A DNA stretch of 64,000 bases. It comes from Planctomycetota bacterium. Lineage in GTDB: Bacteria > Planctomycetota > Planctomycetia > Planctomycetales > Planctomycetaceae. The notes beneath the pieces are model-generated. The model saw only the letters and a program-made list of their open reading frames with translations, was not told where the DNA came from and ran no database searches. Positions 51,614-62,014 of the stretch are shown here, piece after piece (position 1 is the stretch's first letter; each line of letters opens with the position of its first letter). Location: the NCBI GenBank assembly GCA_963581435.1, contig CAUZOL010000001.1, positions 4,731 to 68,730 on the forward strand, written 5' to 3'. A program made the position numbers and the translations under genes.

Positions 51614-52690
51614 ATGCGTCAACGGAAATCAGTTGTGCTGGGAATGTCGTACATGTGTGTCTTCACGTGTACGTTAACCGTGGGAATGTTCGCGCTCTCT
51701 GGCTGCGGCGGTGACGACGCAGCAAAAGACGATGCAGCGGCGGATGGTGGCGAGACGGGCGCTACAGGCAGCAGTGATTCGCCCAAGGTGTCCAGGAACG
51801 GGACCTATGTCGATGAAGGTGGCCGCAAGTGGCTGGCCAAGGATTTCCCCTACGACGTCTGGTATACCGACCCATTGGCCGTCGCGCGACAGGAAGGGAA
51901 AGTTGCCGATCCTGGAGTGGGCGATCCCGGCACGAAACCGGAAAACGGTGGCGAGAAGACCACCGATCCGATGCCGGCCAGCAATAGCGGATCGGGCGAA
52001 ATCAACTGGAAAGACGTCGTCGCTGCTTCGGTGTTGGACGTGGAGATGAAGAAGATCAACAATCGATTCAAGGCGAAGTTACTGACGGTGGCAACATTCA
52101 ACTCCAGTTATCTTGAGCTACCGCCGCACGTGACGACGATGACGGCGCTGTCCGCAATTGCTGCCCAGCATCCCGATGAAGTCCGCTGGAAAAAGAATGC
52201 CAAGCAGATCCGTGATCTGTCGGCGAGCATGCTGACCGAAAAACTGCAGCGAGGGCCGAAATCGTACAAACAAATCAACGAGCCGTACCTCAACATTGGC
52301 GATATTCTCAGCGGCAGCCGACCGGGTGGATTAGCCGAACCAAACGAGGACGACGCGATGGTGGAATACGTCGATATCGGCTTTCTCATGAAGCGGCTCG
52401 ACATTGGCAAGAAGTGGCTGTTGGTGAATGTGGGCAGCGAAGAAGCGCTGAAGGAAAACGCGGAAGAGATCAAACATGAAGCCGCGCTGATGTCCGCCTT
52501 GCTGACGGTGACGACCACAGAAGGTTACGGCTATTTCGAAGACGATGATTTCAAAGCCTTTGTGAAGACAATGATCGACGGCAGCAAGAAAGTGTCTGAG
52601 GCGGTCGATACGGGCAGTTTCGACAACTACCAACTCGGCTTCTCACAATTGAGCCAGGCGTGCGACAAATGCCACAGCACGTATAAGTAA
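51614..52690 (+). CDS. lipoprotein with a C-terminal class-II (cytochrome c'-type) haem-binding motif
   Basis: Lipobox FALSGC, an acidic low-complexity linker, a helical C-terminal region, and CDKCHSTYK at the extreme C-terminus. Confidence 0.65.
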   Translation: MRQRKSVVLGMSYMCVFTCTLTVGMFALSGCGGDDAAKDDAAADGGETGATGSSDSPKVSRNGTYVDEGGRKWLAKDFPYDVWYTDPLAVARQEGKVADPGVGDPGTKPENGGEKTTDPMPASNSGSGEINWKDVVAASVLDVEMKKINNRFKAKLLTVATFNSSYLELPPHVTTMTALSAIAAQHPDEVRWKKNAKQIRDLSASMLTEKLQRGPKSYKQINEPYLNIGDILSGSRPGGLAEPNEDDAMVEYVDIGFLMKRLDIGKKWLLVNVGSEEALKENAEEIKHEAALMSALLTVTTTEGYGYFEDDDFKAFVKTMIDGSKKVSEAVDTGSFDNYQLGFSQLSQACDKCHSTYK

Positions 52691-52712
52691 GTTTAGAGAT
52701 TAGAGTCAAACA

Positions 52713-52741
52713 GACTCGCGGGGCGTTGCCCCGCCGCTAAA
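52713..52741. repeat. family-E repeat, right-half copy
   Basis: GACTCGCGGGGCGTTGCCCCGCCGCTAAA compares with E1 GACACACGGGGCAAGCCCCGCGGCTAAA. Lies 23 nt after the cytochrome gene stop. Confidence 0.6.
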
Positions 52742-52791
52742 CGGCATAATCTTTTGCTCTTGTCTCTCAGCTCTTGTCTCTCGACTCACCG

Positions 52792-54375
52792 TCACCCGAC
52801 CCAAATGGGGCTGGACCACGCCATTTGTCCGTTGTGCTGCGTCACGCGGACGTAGTACCAGTCGGCCGAATCGCTCTTTTTCCGGCGGTCGTTCCAGCGC
52901 AGGCTTGCCGTGTATTCTTCCGGTGCAACGAGCCGTTGCACGATGAAACTCTCGCTGGTAAAAACGCCGGTGAACTCGACGAGATTGTCATCGATGAGGT
53001 CACCGAGTTTCACGCGGTAGGTCTTTTCGATTGGCTGTTTGAGTTCGACGACGAACACAGCACCTTCGTCGGCGTCGATTTCTATCGAGACCGATTTCGT
53101 CGGGTCTTCGCCGTAACTCTCAACGCGAGTGGTGGGCGATTGCAGATGCAATTCGGTGGGTGAGACGACGCGGAGTCGGTCGCGGCGGTCTTCATCGAAC
53201 GGCGAGGTTTGATAACTGGGAATTGCTCGCGTAAACCGTCCCCCTTCCACTCGCAGCCGCACGTCCCAGTCGCAAATGCGTCCGAGTCCGAGGACGGCCC
53301 ACGGTCCCCAGCCGTATTGAAATCGCAGCCGCGCACTACCCGGAAGTTGCATCGGCCCGTCGATAGAGTCTTCGGGAAAATGCCGTTGAATGACGCGGCC
53401 ATTGCGGACCAGTTCGATCATCGAAACGGAATCCTGCCCGACGACGCGGACGTCGATTTGACGATCGGTGGCAAAGGGAACATCGGCCCCCATGGGATGA
53501 CCGTTGAGCGTTGTTTCCAATTGAATGCGATCGCCGGTGGCGGCATAAGTTCGACGTGCCTGCAACGCCTCGAACAGCGATTCCCGCGATAGTCCGTCGG
53601 CCCAAACGCCAACCACACCCTCGCCATGCGCTCCGGGGTAGCCGAGATGATCGTCGCTGGATGCAACGAACCCGAATCGCAGCCCCTGTTTGAGTTGGCG
53701 GGCAATGGTGTTGGCGGTCGAGCGACCGCCGTTGCTGTGGCGGATCATGGGAAACGGCGACCGGTCGGTTTCGGTGCAGCCGTGCTCCGAGAAAATTTCG
53801 ACGACCGGTGCAGTTTCGTTACGGAAGTACTTCCAGTTGGCTCCGCGCCAACCTTGCTTGTAGCCCACGTGGTGCGGAATGGCGAACGCACCGTGATGAT
53901 GGGCAAAATCGAGCAATTTGTCGGCATGATCGGGCAGGTACAATTCGCCGTCGTCGTCGGGATGGATGACACAGAAATCACCGAAGCGGCTGGAATGCCA
54001 TTCATAGCCAAGCAATGCGACGAAGTCGTCGCCGCTGGCTTCGCGGAGTAACTGCTTTGTTTTCGGCCAATGTTTCGAGTGGGCCGCGAAGCCACGCACC
54101 CATTTCAAATGACGATCACCCGGCATCTTCGGCATATCGTGCCAGGCCGAGTGTCCGGTGAAGGCAAAGAAGTCGAGATGCTCGCGTGCCAGATCGATCG
54201 ACCGTTCGAGCGAACCTTTGGCATAACCGACCGCGTTGTGATTGTGCAGGTCGCCCCAAAAGAGACGAAACGGTTGCTTCCGCCCTTCAACTTTCAGTTC
54301 GGAATCTGCTTGCGCACCGCGCCGGGGGTTGCCCGCGGGCAAAGAATCGTCGGCGATGTTCATCGGAACGGTCAT
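52792..54375 (-). CDS. DUF3604/PHP-like metal-dependent hydrolase
   Basis: 527 aa. N-terminal LFWGDLHNHN...FAFTGHS, typical of DUF3604-type proteins as I remember them. Confidence 0.65.
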   Translation of the reverse strand: MTVPMNIADDSLPAGNPRRGAQADSELKVEGRKQPFRLFWGDLHNHNAVGYAKGSLERSIDLAREHLDFFAFTGHSAWHDMPKMPGDRHLKWVRGFAAHSKHWPKTKQLLREASGDDFVALLGYEWHSSRFGDFCVIHPDDDGELYLPDHADKLLDFAHHHGAFAIPHHVGYKQGWRGANWKYFRNETAPVVEIFSEHGCTETDRSPFPMIRHSNGGRSTANTIARQLKQGLRFGFVASSDDHLGYPGAHGEGVVGVWADGLSRESLFEALQARRTYAATGDRIQLETTLNGHPMGADVPFATDRQIDVRVVGQDSVSMIELVRNGRVIQRHFPEDSIDGPMQLPGSARLRFQYGWGPWAVLGLGRICDWDVRLRVEGGRFTRAIPSYQTSPFDEDRRDRLRVVSPTELHLQSPTTRVESYGEDPTKSVSIEIDADEGAVFVVELKQPIEKTYRVKLGDLIDDNLVEFTGVFTSESFIVQRLVAPEEYTASLRWNDRRKKSDSADWYYVRVTQHNGQMAWSSPIWVG

Positions 54376-54604
54376 GGGGAGTCTTTCCGAATTTGGTCGG
54401 CCAGGGCATAAGTTCTGCCTCGAACGGCAGTATGCGGCAGGTTGCGATGACGGTCAACCGGACAAGTTGGAATCGCTTGGCGGATGGTTTTCTGAAAAAT
54501 GACGGGAACAATGAACGGCGGCGATGCGTCTTTCCCGCAGGGAGATTCTGTGTATCGACAATCGCGTTCGCTGCCCATCGAAACGGACTGACGGAGAGAG
54601 AAAC

Positions 54605-55708
54605 ATGAAGGCGTATTCGGCGGCTATTGTCTCGATTTTCCTACTCGGTGTGACGACGGTTCGAGGTGAGGAAATAAAACCGACGGCAAAAGGGAAACCG
54701 CAACGCATCAAGATCGCCAAGCCGATTGCCCCGATTGGACAGCCGAAGTACAAGGTTTCGGTACAGTCGAAGCCGAAGTTTCCCAAATCGGACCGGCCGA
54801 AGGTGTCTGAACCGGCATCGCTGAGGGGGTTGTCGGTCACGATTCAACCGGAGAAGAAGAGATTTGCCGGCATCGGTCCGTTGGCGTTTGAAGTGCAGCT
54901 GACAAACACGTCGAAGAAACCATTTCTGCTGTTTCGTGGAGCAACACTCGGCGAGGGCGCGAAACTGGTGATCTCGAATCGAAAGACGGCGGCGCAGTGG
55001 GAGCCGGGATCGCCAGCAGTTACAAAGCGCGGCGCCGTTTCACTGCCACCGGGCAAATCGGTGAAGTACTGGCTGGTGGTCGAGACACAATTTGTTGCGG
55101 TTCCGTTCCCGCGGCCGCTGCCTCAGCCATTTCCGCGACCGTTCCCCAAACGGCAACAGCTTGAAGGCAAAGCGGCCGCCGCCATCGAGGCGCCCGCAGA
55201 TCGACGACGGCCGGCAGTGATTGTCCCGCCGTTTTTCGACTCGGTGATGCCGTGCGGTCAGGGGCCGTGCCGCGTTCGCTTGTTGTTGGAGTTCAAAGGC
55301 GATCCGTTGGGCATGTACGCAACCCCGCTATGGACGGGTAAGATTGCCACTGGCACGGTCGATTTTGAAGTCGGTGCGCCACAGCCGTTCCAACCGCCAG
55401 TAATCGGCCCGCCGATTGTCGGCCCGCTGACGAAGCAGCAAGCGATCACCGTCGCACAAGCTGCGGCCGAGCGTGCGCTCGATGCGAATTACAAGCCGCT
55501 TGCTCCAGTTCGCCCGCCGCATGCAGGCGTGTGGATCAACAATCCGCAAAAGACAGCCCAGGTAAAAAAGGCAAAGAGAGGCGGCTGGACGATCGGCTGG
55601 ACGCAGGTCCCCAAAGGAAAAGGGTTCCGGTTCAACGTGACGGTGCGGGTTGACACGCGTGGCGGGGTACGCCTGAGAGAAATATTCACCGGCTACTCGC
55701 CGCGATGA
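54605..55708 (+). CDS. secreted hypothetical protein
   Basis: ATG 54605 gives signal peptide MKAYSAAIVSIFLLGVTTVRG. Pro-rich segment PFPRPLPQPFPRPFP. Confidence 0.6.
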   Translation: MKAYSAAIVSIFLLGVTTVRGEEIKPTAKGKPQRIKIAKPIAPIGQPKYKVSVQSKPKFPKSDRPKVSEPASLRGLSVTIQPEKKRFAGIGPLAFEVQLTNTSKKPFLLFRGATLGEGAKLVISNRKTAAQWEPGSPAVTKRGAVSLPPGKSVKYWLVVETQFVAVPFPRPLPQPFPRPFPKRQQLEGKAAAAIEAPADRRRPAVIVPPFFDSVMPCGQGPCRVRLLLEFKGDPLGMYATPLWTGKIATGTVDFEVGAPQPFQPPVIGPPIVGPLTKQQAITVAQAAAERALDANYKPLAPVRPPHAGVWINNPQKTAQVKKAKRGGWTIGWTQVPKGKGFRFNVTVRVDTRGGVRLREIFTGYSPR

Positions 55709-55775
55709 CGCTCGGCCTCTTGTGCGAAATTGATCGACTCAGTGATTTAGGCTTTGATGGAGTGGTCAGCAGAAT

Positions 55776-56306
55776 TCAATCGCGGTAGACCATGCAGTCG
55801 GAACACTTCTTCTTGAATTGCTCGACTGCGTCGTCGGAAACCGATGTGCCATACAGGTAAAGTTTGGTGAGTGTACTCAGCCCGGCGAGTTGCTCCAGTC
55901 CGGAGTCGCCGACTTCGGTGTACGATAACTCCAGTTCTTTCAGGCCGGTCAGATTCAGGAGTGGCTCGAGATCTTTGTCGGTGATCTTGGCACTATGTAG
56001 CCCGAGATACACCAAACTTTCCGATGCCGGCAGTCCTTCGAGGTCCTTGTCGGTAATCGGTGGGTCGACCTGATTGAGGTCGATCTTTTGAACTTCGAAC
56101 GACTCCTCCGGTATGTCTTCAACCGCGTCGATTTTGAGAATGCTGCCGACAATGTTGACGGTTCCGCCGTGCTTTATCGCCCACTCGGCCGCCGATTTGT
56201 CGTCCGCCGTCCCGCCACCGCCGCACCCTGCAACGGTCAGAAGAGCCAGCAAGGCCACAAGTGCCCGTGAAATCGGTATTGTCATTCGGATTTGGCGGAA
56301 TATCAT
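55776..56306 (-). CDS. leucine-rich-repeat lipoprotein
   Basis: Lipobox LLTVAGC. LRR units such as L..L..L.L....ITD..L. Possible starts at 56285, 56306 or 56357. Confidence 0.7.
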   Translation of the reverse strand: MIFRQIRMTIPISRALVALLALLTVAGCGGGGTADDKSAAEWAIKHGGTVNIVGSILKIDAVEDIPEESFEVQKIDLNQVDPPITDKDLEGLPASESLVYLGLHSAKITDKDLEPLLNLTGLKELELSYTEVGDSGLEQLAGLSTLTKLYLYGTSVSDDAVEQFKKKCSDCMVYRD

Positions 56307-56401
56307 GGTATTGGATCCAGGGAAGGGACGAATGACTCGTTTTGTGGGACTGGTCATTTGGCAGACAACATCTGCTGAGATGAGACCTCTTGGTCATGTC
56401 T

Positions 56402-56899
56402 CTACAAACGCATACTGGATGCGTTGCTAATCTGCGGTATACTCCATAACGCCTGCACTATTTCCGTTGGCATGGGTTCCGTCGGCACGCACTGTTTCCA
56501 TCGGAATGGGCAGGTGTGAAACAGACCATGCTTTTCAATGGGCGCGTGGGTTGAGATTACAGGTAGCTGGTTGACGTTGCAACAGGGATGTTGATTGTCG
56601 CCGGTCGCATTCAGCGAAGAACGCTGGACTTGGTTTGCGGTCGCTTCGATGTTTGTTTTCGACGTGCCGTTTTGCATTGGCGGTACGCCGAACAGTTCGG
56701 GACATTGTTCACTCCAGGATTCGAAGTCCGCTCCGATTGAGGGCGGATGAATACAGCCATCGCATGTGACGCGAGACGCCACATTATCGGCGCGAAGGCT
56801 GCTGCGAAACTTGGGCCAAACCGTTAAAATGACGCCGTCATTGTGCGCCGGGAATAAGGCCGATGAGACCTCCCCCAAGACATCCAGCGACGATACCAC
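56402..56899 (-). CDS. doubtful Cys-rich ORF, 165 aa
   Basis: Only ORF in a ~500-bp gap. Its 5' end overlaps the divergent GGQ gene by 37 nt, and it has no signal peptide or motif. Confidence 0.2.
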   Translation of the reverse strand: MVSSLDVLGEVSSALFPAHNDGVILTVWPKFRSSLRADNVASRVTCDGCIHPPSIGADFESWSEQCPELFGVPPMQNGTSKTNIEATANQVQRSSLNATGDNQHPCCNVNQLPVISTHAPIEKHGLFHTCPFRWKQCVPTEPMPTEIVQALWSIPQISNASSMRL

Positions 56900-57378
56900 C
56901 CGATGAATTACTTGCCGAATGCGACGTTCAGCGGGTACGTCGTTCCGGACCCGGAGGCCAGCGCCGCAACAAGGTGGAAACAGGAATTGTGCTGACGCAT
57001 CGCAGCAGCGGGCTGAGCGTCGAGGCGTCGGAACGGCGAAGCCAGATTGAGAATCAGCGAGTCGCCCTGTTCCGACTGCGTTTGAAACTCGCCGTAAAGA
57101 CTCGTTTGCCCGTCCAACCGGATGCCGCTCCGAGTGAACTCTGGCAAAGCCGTCGCGTTGGGCGTCGAATCTCGGTCAATTCAGAACACGTCGACTTCCC
57201 TGCCCTGCTGGCCGAAGTAATGGATGTGATCACAGCCTACGACATGGACCTGCATGCCGCAGCCGACGTTTTGGGAACAACGCAATCGCAGCTCACCCGA
57301 CTACTGAAGGCCGAGCCGCAGGCATTATCGCTGGTTAATCGCAATCGTGGCGAGTTGGGACTGTATCGGCTGAGATAA
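56863..57378 (+). CDS. GGQ-domain (class-I release-factor / ArfB-like) protein with a non-canonical C-terminal region
   Basis: RSGPGGQRRNKVETGIVLTH...SQIENQ is an RF-1 GGQ domain. The C-terminal ~80 aa include AADVLGTTQSQLTRLLK. Confidence 0.75.
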   Translation: MRPPPRHPATIPPDELLAECDVQRVRRSGPGGQRRNKVETGIVLTHRSSGLSVEASERRSQIENQRVALFRLRLKLAVKTRLPVQPDAAPSELWQSRRVGRRISVNSEHVDFPALLAEVMDVITAYDMDLHAAADVLGTTQSQLTRLLKAEPQALSLVNRNRGELGLYRLR

Positions 57379-57644
57379 TCACCGATCCCGTCTGAGGATT
57401 ATGTCATCCCGGCCCAGCTCGCCGCTCGCAGACTGTTAGTCAACAAAATTGCAGGCGATTGCTTCTGTGCGAATGGACAATCTCTCCCAATTCCGAGAGA
57501 ATGGAGTTACAGTTGTTTATCACCGTTCCGTGCGTTGCAGAGGAATGTCGCCGTGACGGGATGGGCAGGATATTATCGGCTGCCTGGATCGCAGTGACTG
57601 CTTTCCAGATGCGCAGCATAATTCGCAGCAGGATTGTATTTTCG

Positions 57645-58019
57645 ATGGCCGCAAAACCTCGGGTGTTCGACACCGAGACAATAGGTAACACGCTGATTGT
57701 GATACCGCACGGTGATGGGCTTGGCTTCCGCTATGTGGACGTGCAGATTGAGGCGAATCAAATCCGCCGCACGATCGCCGAGCCGGGCGTTAATCATCTC
57801 GTGATCGATCTGGCCGAACTGGAATATTTTGGTTCAGAGGTCATCGGCGTATTCATCACGATGGCCCGCGAAGCAACGAACCGCGGCGGAAAGGCCGCGA
57901 TGTGCAACGCTTCAGAGAAGATGCGGCAAGTGCTGGAAAGCATGAAGCTATTCAAACTCTGGCCTCACTGCGACTCGCGCAAAGAGGCTCTCGAGATTGT
58001 CGAACCAGGAATCGGATAA
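57645..58019 (+). CDS. STAS-domain protein (anti-sigma-factor antagonist-like)
   Basis: I chose ATG 57645. The pattern LIVIP.G......V......I......HLVIDLAELEYFGSEVIGVFI fits the STAS fold. Confidence 0.75.
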   Translation: MAAKPRVFDTETIGNTLIVIPHGDGLGFRYVDVQIEANQIRRTIAEPGVNHLVIDLAELEYFGSEVIGVFITMAREATNRGGKAAMCNASEKMRQVLESMKLFKLWPHCDSRKEALEIVEPGIG

Positions 58020-58140
58020 CCGGCGACGCCGTCGCGAATTTCCGCATCTTCGAAGAATTCTCAGTTCATCCAGTTGCCTCAGTCTTCCAGTTGAAAGTTG
58101 ATTCTCAGACATCTGACCGCTGATCGTGAAAGGATGAGAC

Positions 58141-59850
58141 ATGTCTGTCGGACGTTCCAATCGCAACGGAGGCGACAAGAGCGTGTCGATGGGAGGGTTG
58201 CTTGCGTTTTTGGTCGGTTTCGGACTGCTACTGGCATATTGGATGTTTTCCGATCTGACGAAGAACTTCAGCCAATGGGAGCGTTGGGCGTTTGTGGGGA
58301 CTACGTCGTTTCTCTCGCTCTGGGGTTTGAAGCAAATGACCGAAGCACGACGGCCGAGCGTCCGTCGTCGTCGCCTGAGTCGAAATGACCTCCCAGCAGC
58401 CAATGGACAAAACGAGTCAACATCTGCCTGGTCGATCTCATGGGCCGGCATTTTATTGATTTTCGTCGGCGCTCAGTTGCTGCTGACGTTTCGCCTGAAA
58501 GTTCCGCCGGGCCTTCCGGCGGTGCTGGTCGCCATCGCCGGGTGTCTCTGCCTCATTTTGGGAGTGCGCAGAATTCTTGCTACGCTGTTGCCCCGAAGAT
58601 ACGCCAACAAACGCCAATATCGCGTCGCGCTCCCCAAGTCCGGCGCCATCTATCTCCTGGTGATGACCGTGCTGCTGGTCGGTTCGCTGCTGGGGCATTC
58701 GAACATGCTGATGCTCGTCTTCGCGATGATGGTCGGCCCCTTCGTGTTAAACGGCTGGATTACGTTTTCCATGCTGAGACGAACCAATCTGTCGCGCCGC
58801 ATCCCCAGAACGATGATCGCCGGCGAGTCGTTCACCGTCGAAGTTCGCCTGAAGAACCGCAAATTGTTGCTGGCCTCAACTGTAATGATGGTGACCGACC
58901 AGATTGAAAACGAGTTGGAGCAACTGGATTGCAAGGTGTTGTTTGCCCGTGTTCCGGCACGGTCGTCAAAGACCGACGCCTACCGCGTGTGTCTGATGCA
59001 ACGCGGACTCTATCGATTTGGACCGCTGCATCTGGCGACGCGTTTTCCTCTGGGAATTGTCGAGAGGCGGCTGATTTTTCCGGCTTTCGACATATTGCTT
59101 ATCTATCCACGAATCGGACAGTTGACCGACGCGTGGCGACGCGGGCGTTCGATGGCAGCAGAAGTGATCGATCAGCGGACGCCGGCGCGCGGATCGTTTC
59201 ACGACGAGTTTCACGGCATGCGCGAGTATCGGCCCGGCGACAATCCACGATCAATTCATTGGCGAACATCCGTTCGCCGCAACGAGCTGACCATCCGAGA
59301 GTACCAACAAAACCGTAGCCAGGATTTGATGTTGCTGATTGACCTGTGGAAACCGAAAAACGCAACGGAAGCCGATCGCGAGCGAATCGAACTGGCCGTC
59401 AGTTTTGCAGCAACGCTGGCTGTCGATCACATGCGAAATGCGCGGGACGCGCGACTCGACGTTGCAGTCGCTGGCCGTGAATTCGAGCGATGGGAAGGCC
59501 GCTGCGGCCCCGACGGAATCGATTCGCTGTTGGAAATGCTGGCCTTGTCAGACTCGGATACGAAACCGGATGCGGTTGCACTCTCGACCGATGCGGAGAC
59601 GCGGCGTTCGTCTTCAACCCGCGTGTTACTGCTCACAACACGCCCGCGTCCATCAGACGTGCTGGATGCCGTCCGCCTGTCAACAGACAACGGCGACGCG
59701 CTTTCGTCACTGGGTCATGTTGAAATCATGCCTGTCGGACCCCGCGAGCTTGCCCCTTACTTCACATTTGACGCCGCCAGTTCCAATGGGGGCATGAAGC
59801 ATACCCCCGCAAATGGCATTTCTGAAGCGCAGTCCGTTTCTGAGAGTTAG
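58141..59850 (+). CDS. DUF58-domain protein with an extended six-TM N-terminus
   Basis: FHGMREYRPGDNPRSIHWRTSVRRNELTIREYQ is the DUF58 signature. About 220 aa of TM helices precede it. Confidence 0.8.
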   Translation: MSVGRSNRNGGDKSVSMGGLLAFLVGFGLLLAYWMFSDLTKNFSQWERWAFVGTTSFLSLWGLKQMTEARRPSVRRRRLSRNDLPAANGQNESTSAWSISWAGILLIFVGAQLLLTFRLKVPPGLPAVLVAIAGCLCLILGVRRILATLLPRRYANKRQYRVALPKSGAIYLLVMTVLLVGSLLGHSNMLMLVFAMMVGPFVLNGWITFSMLRRTNLSRRIPRTMIAGESFTVEVRLKNRKLLLASTVMMVTDQIENELEQLDCKVLFARVPARSSKTDAYRVCLMQRGLYRFGPLHLATRFPLGIVERRLIFPAFDILLIYPRIGQLTDAWRRGRSMAAEVIDQRTPARGSFHDEFHGMREYRPGDNPRSIHWRTSVRRNELTIREYQQNRSQDLMLLIDLWKPKNATEADRERIELAVSFAATLAVDHMRNARDARLDVAVAGREFERWEGRCGPDGIDSLLEMLALSDSDTKPDAVALSTDAETRRSSSTRVLLLTTRPRPSDVLDAVRLSTDNGDALSSLGHVEIMPVGPRELAPYFTFDAASSNGGMKHTPANGISEAQSVSES

Positions 59851-59938
59851 ACCGAATCTCCCTCATACATCGGGTAATGCATTTGGCCGCCTCGCTGGCG
59901 GGGCGTGTTCTCGCCGTTCTGTCGATACTCGTCGAAAA

Positions 59939-61765
59939 TCAATCCGGAACATTCGCCGCGTCGGCGGCCCGGCGTTCTTCGAGCATTCGCAGCAGAGTGG
60001 CAACGCCTTCTTCGACCGGAATCTTCTCGGGCCCCTCAGCGGTGCGCCACTTGATTTCCACATTGCCCTCCTGAAGCCCCCTGCCACCGATGACGACCCG
60101 CAGCGGAATGCCGACGAGATCGCCATCCTTAAACTTCACACCGGGCCGCGCTTTGCGGTCGTCGAATAAGACGTCAACGCCGGCCGCTTGCAGTTCTTCA
60201 TAGAAGCGCGTCGCGATCTGCATGACCTCTTCGTCGTCGATTTTCAATGGGACAACGAGTACTTCGTACGGGGCAATCGCCAACGGCCAGATGAGGCCAT
60301 TTTCGTCGTGCGAGGTCTCGCAGGCTGCCGCCACGATCCGATTAATGCCAATACCGTAGCAGCCCATGATAATCGCATGACGCTGTTCTTTTTCATCGAC
60401 AAAATAGGCGTTCAACGATTCACTGTACTTCGTACCCAGTTTGAAGACGTGTCCGGCTTCGATCCCGTGGACCATTTCGAGTGTTCCCTCGCAATTCGGG
60501 CAGGGATCCTCGGCCACGGCATTGCGAAGATCGTAGGTGGCTTCCACTTGATAATCGCGGCCCATGTTGACGCCGGTGTAATGCGCGTCGGCTGCATTGG
60601 CCCCGCTGATCGGGTTGACGAGCAGCGGAATGTCGTGGTCGGCCAGTATCTGGCAGTCGATTCCAACGGGACCGGCAAAGCCGACCGGCGCGCCGGTGAC
60701 TTCAAAAATCGTTTTCTCGTCGGCGAGTTCAAGCGTGTCGACTTCGAGCGCACGGCGAAGTTTGCCTTCGTTGGCTTCGTGGTCGCCACGTATGAGTACG
60801 GCCACCGGTTTGCCGTCGGCCAGATAGACCAATGTCTTGATCATTTCCTCGGGTTTGCGTTTGAGCATTTTGCAGACCTGCTCGATGCTGGTCGCCCGCG
60901 GCGTGTCGATCTGTTCCAACGCGTCCCATTCAATCGTCGCTTCGCTGCCCTGCGTCGATCTGTCGCCGGTTCCTTCCCCAACTCGCGGGTCGGTCAGTGG
61001 ACATCGACGTCCGGTGTCGGCCCGCTCCAAATTGGCAGCGTAGTTGCATTTGGGACAGCGAACGATTCGGTCCTCACCATTCTCAGCGGGAATCATAAAT
61101 TCGTGCGAAGCGTCTCCACCAATTGCCCCGCTCTCGGCTTCGACCGGCAGATATTCGAGGCCGGTGCGTGCGAAAATACGGCAGTACGCCGCGTACATTT
61201 TCTGGTACGAGTCGTCCAACTGTTCCAGCGAGGCATCGAAGCTGTAGGCGTCCTTCATGATGAATTCGCTGGTTCGCAGCACGCCGAAACGTGGACGTTC
61301 TTCGTTGCGGAATTTGGTCTGTATTTGAAACATCGTGATCGGCATCTGCCGGTAACTGCTGATATGATGCGCCACCAGATCGGTGATGACTTCTTCGTGT
61401 GTGGGGCCAAGTGCCATGTGCACCTGGCGGTCGCCGCGGGGAACCATGAAGTTGATCAGAACGTCGCCGAATGCCTCACGACGTCCGGTTCGTTCGAACA
61501 GATCGATCGGTTGCAATGCCGGCATGAACAATTCGACGGCGCCGGCGCGTTCCATTTCCTCGCGCACAATCGCTTCAGCCTTACGAATCGCCCGCCATCC
61601 GAGCGGCAAATACGTGTAGGAACCGGACATCACCTGCCGAATCAGACCGGCCCGCAGCATCAATTGATGGCTGGGAATCTCGGCATCGGCGGGAGTTTCC
61701 TTCATGGTGGGAATGAATGTCTTAGACCAGCGCACGGGGCGTTCTCTCCAAATGAATGATCGCAA
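59939..61765 (-). CDS. proS: proline--tRNA ligase (bacterial type)
   Basis: [26 protein letters not shown] is colinear with E. coli ProRS, and class-II motifs are present. Start is ATG 61765 or GTG 61735. Confidence 0.92.
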   Translation of the reverse strand: MRSFIWRERPVRWSKTFIPTMKETPADAEIPSHQLMLRAGLIRQVMSGSYTYLPLGWRAIRKAEAIVREEMERAGAVELFMPALQPIDLFERTGRREAFGDVLINFMVPRGDRQVHMALGPTHEEVITDLVAHHISSYRQMPITMFQIQTKFRNEERPRFGVLRTSEFIMKDAYSFDASLEQLDDSYQKMYAAYCRIFARTGLEYLPVEAESGAIGGDASHEFMIPAENGEDRIVRCPKCNYAANLERADTGRRCPLTDPRVGEGTGDRSTQGSEATIEWDALEQIDTPRATSIEQVCKMLKRKPEEMIKTLVYLADGKPVAVLIRGDHEANEGKLRRALEVDTLELADEKTIFEVTGAPVGFAGPVGIDCQILADHDIPLLVNPISGANAADAHYTGVNMGRDYQVEATYDLRNAVAEDPCPNCEGTLEMVHGIEAGHVFKLGTKYSESLNAYFVDEKEQRHAIIMGCYGIGINRIVAAACETSHDENGLIWPLAIAPYEVLVVPLKIDDEEVMQIATRFYEELQAAGVDVLFDDRKARPGVKFKDGDLVGIPLRVVIGGRGLQEGNVEIKWRTAEGPEKIPVEEGVATLLRMLEERRAADAANVPD

Positions 61766-62014
61766 TCGTCAGGATGCCTCTCAACGAGACGGCGGCATTC
61801 TAGCAGATGGCCGGATGCCTCAAAAGGTCCGGCGACCCAGATCGGTCAAGACCCTTGTTGGCCGGGAGTTACCCCCCTAGAATCGAATCGAGTTGGTCGA
61901 TGCGTTGATCGTCGGCAATTTGATGGTGTGCATTCCCGGTCTCTCTTCCAGCGGCAGAGTGTTGCCGCGCGCATCCTTTTTGAGACGCGTCAACGATATC
62001 GATAGAAAGCGTTC

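Noticed and set aside
60188-61759. 523-aa plus-strand ORF
   Set aside because: It is antisense to proS and has shadow-ORF composition with no motifs.
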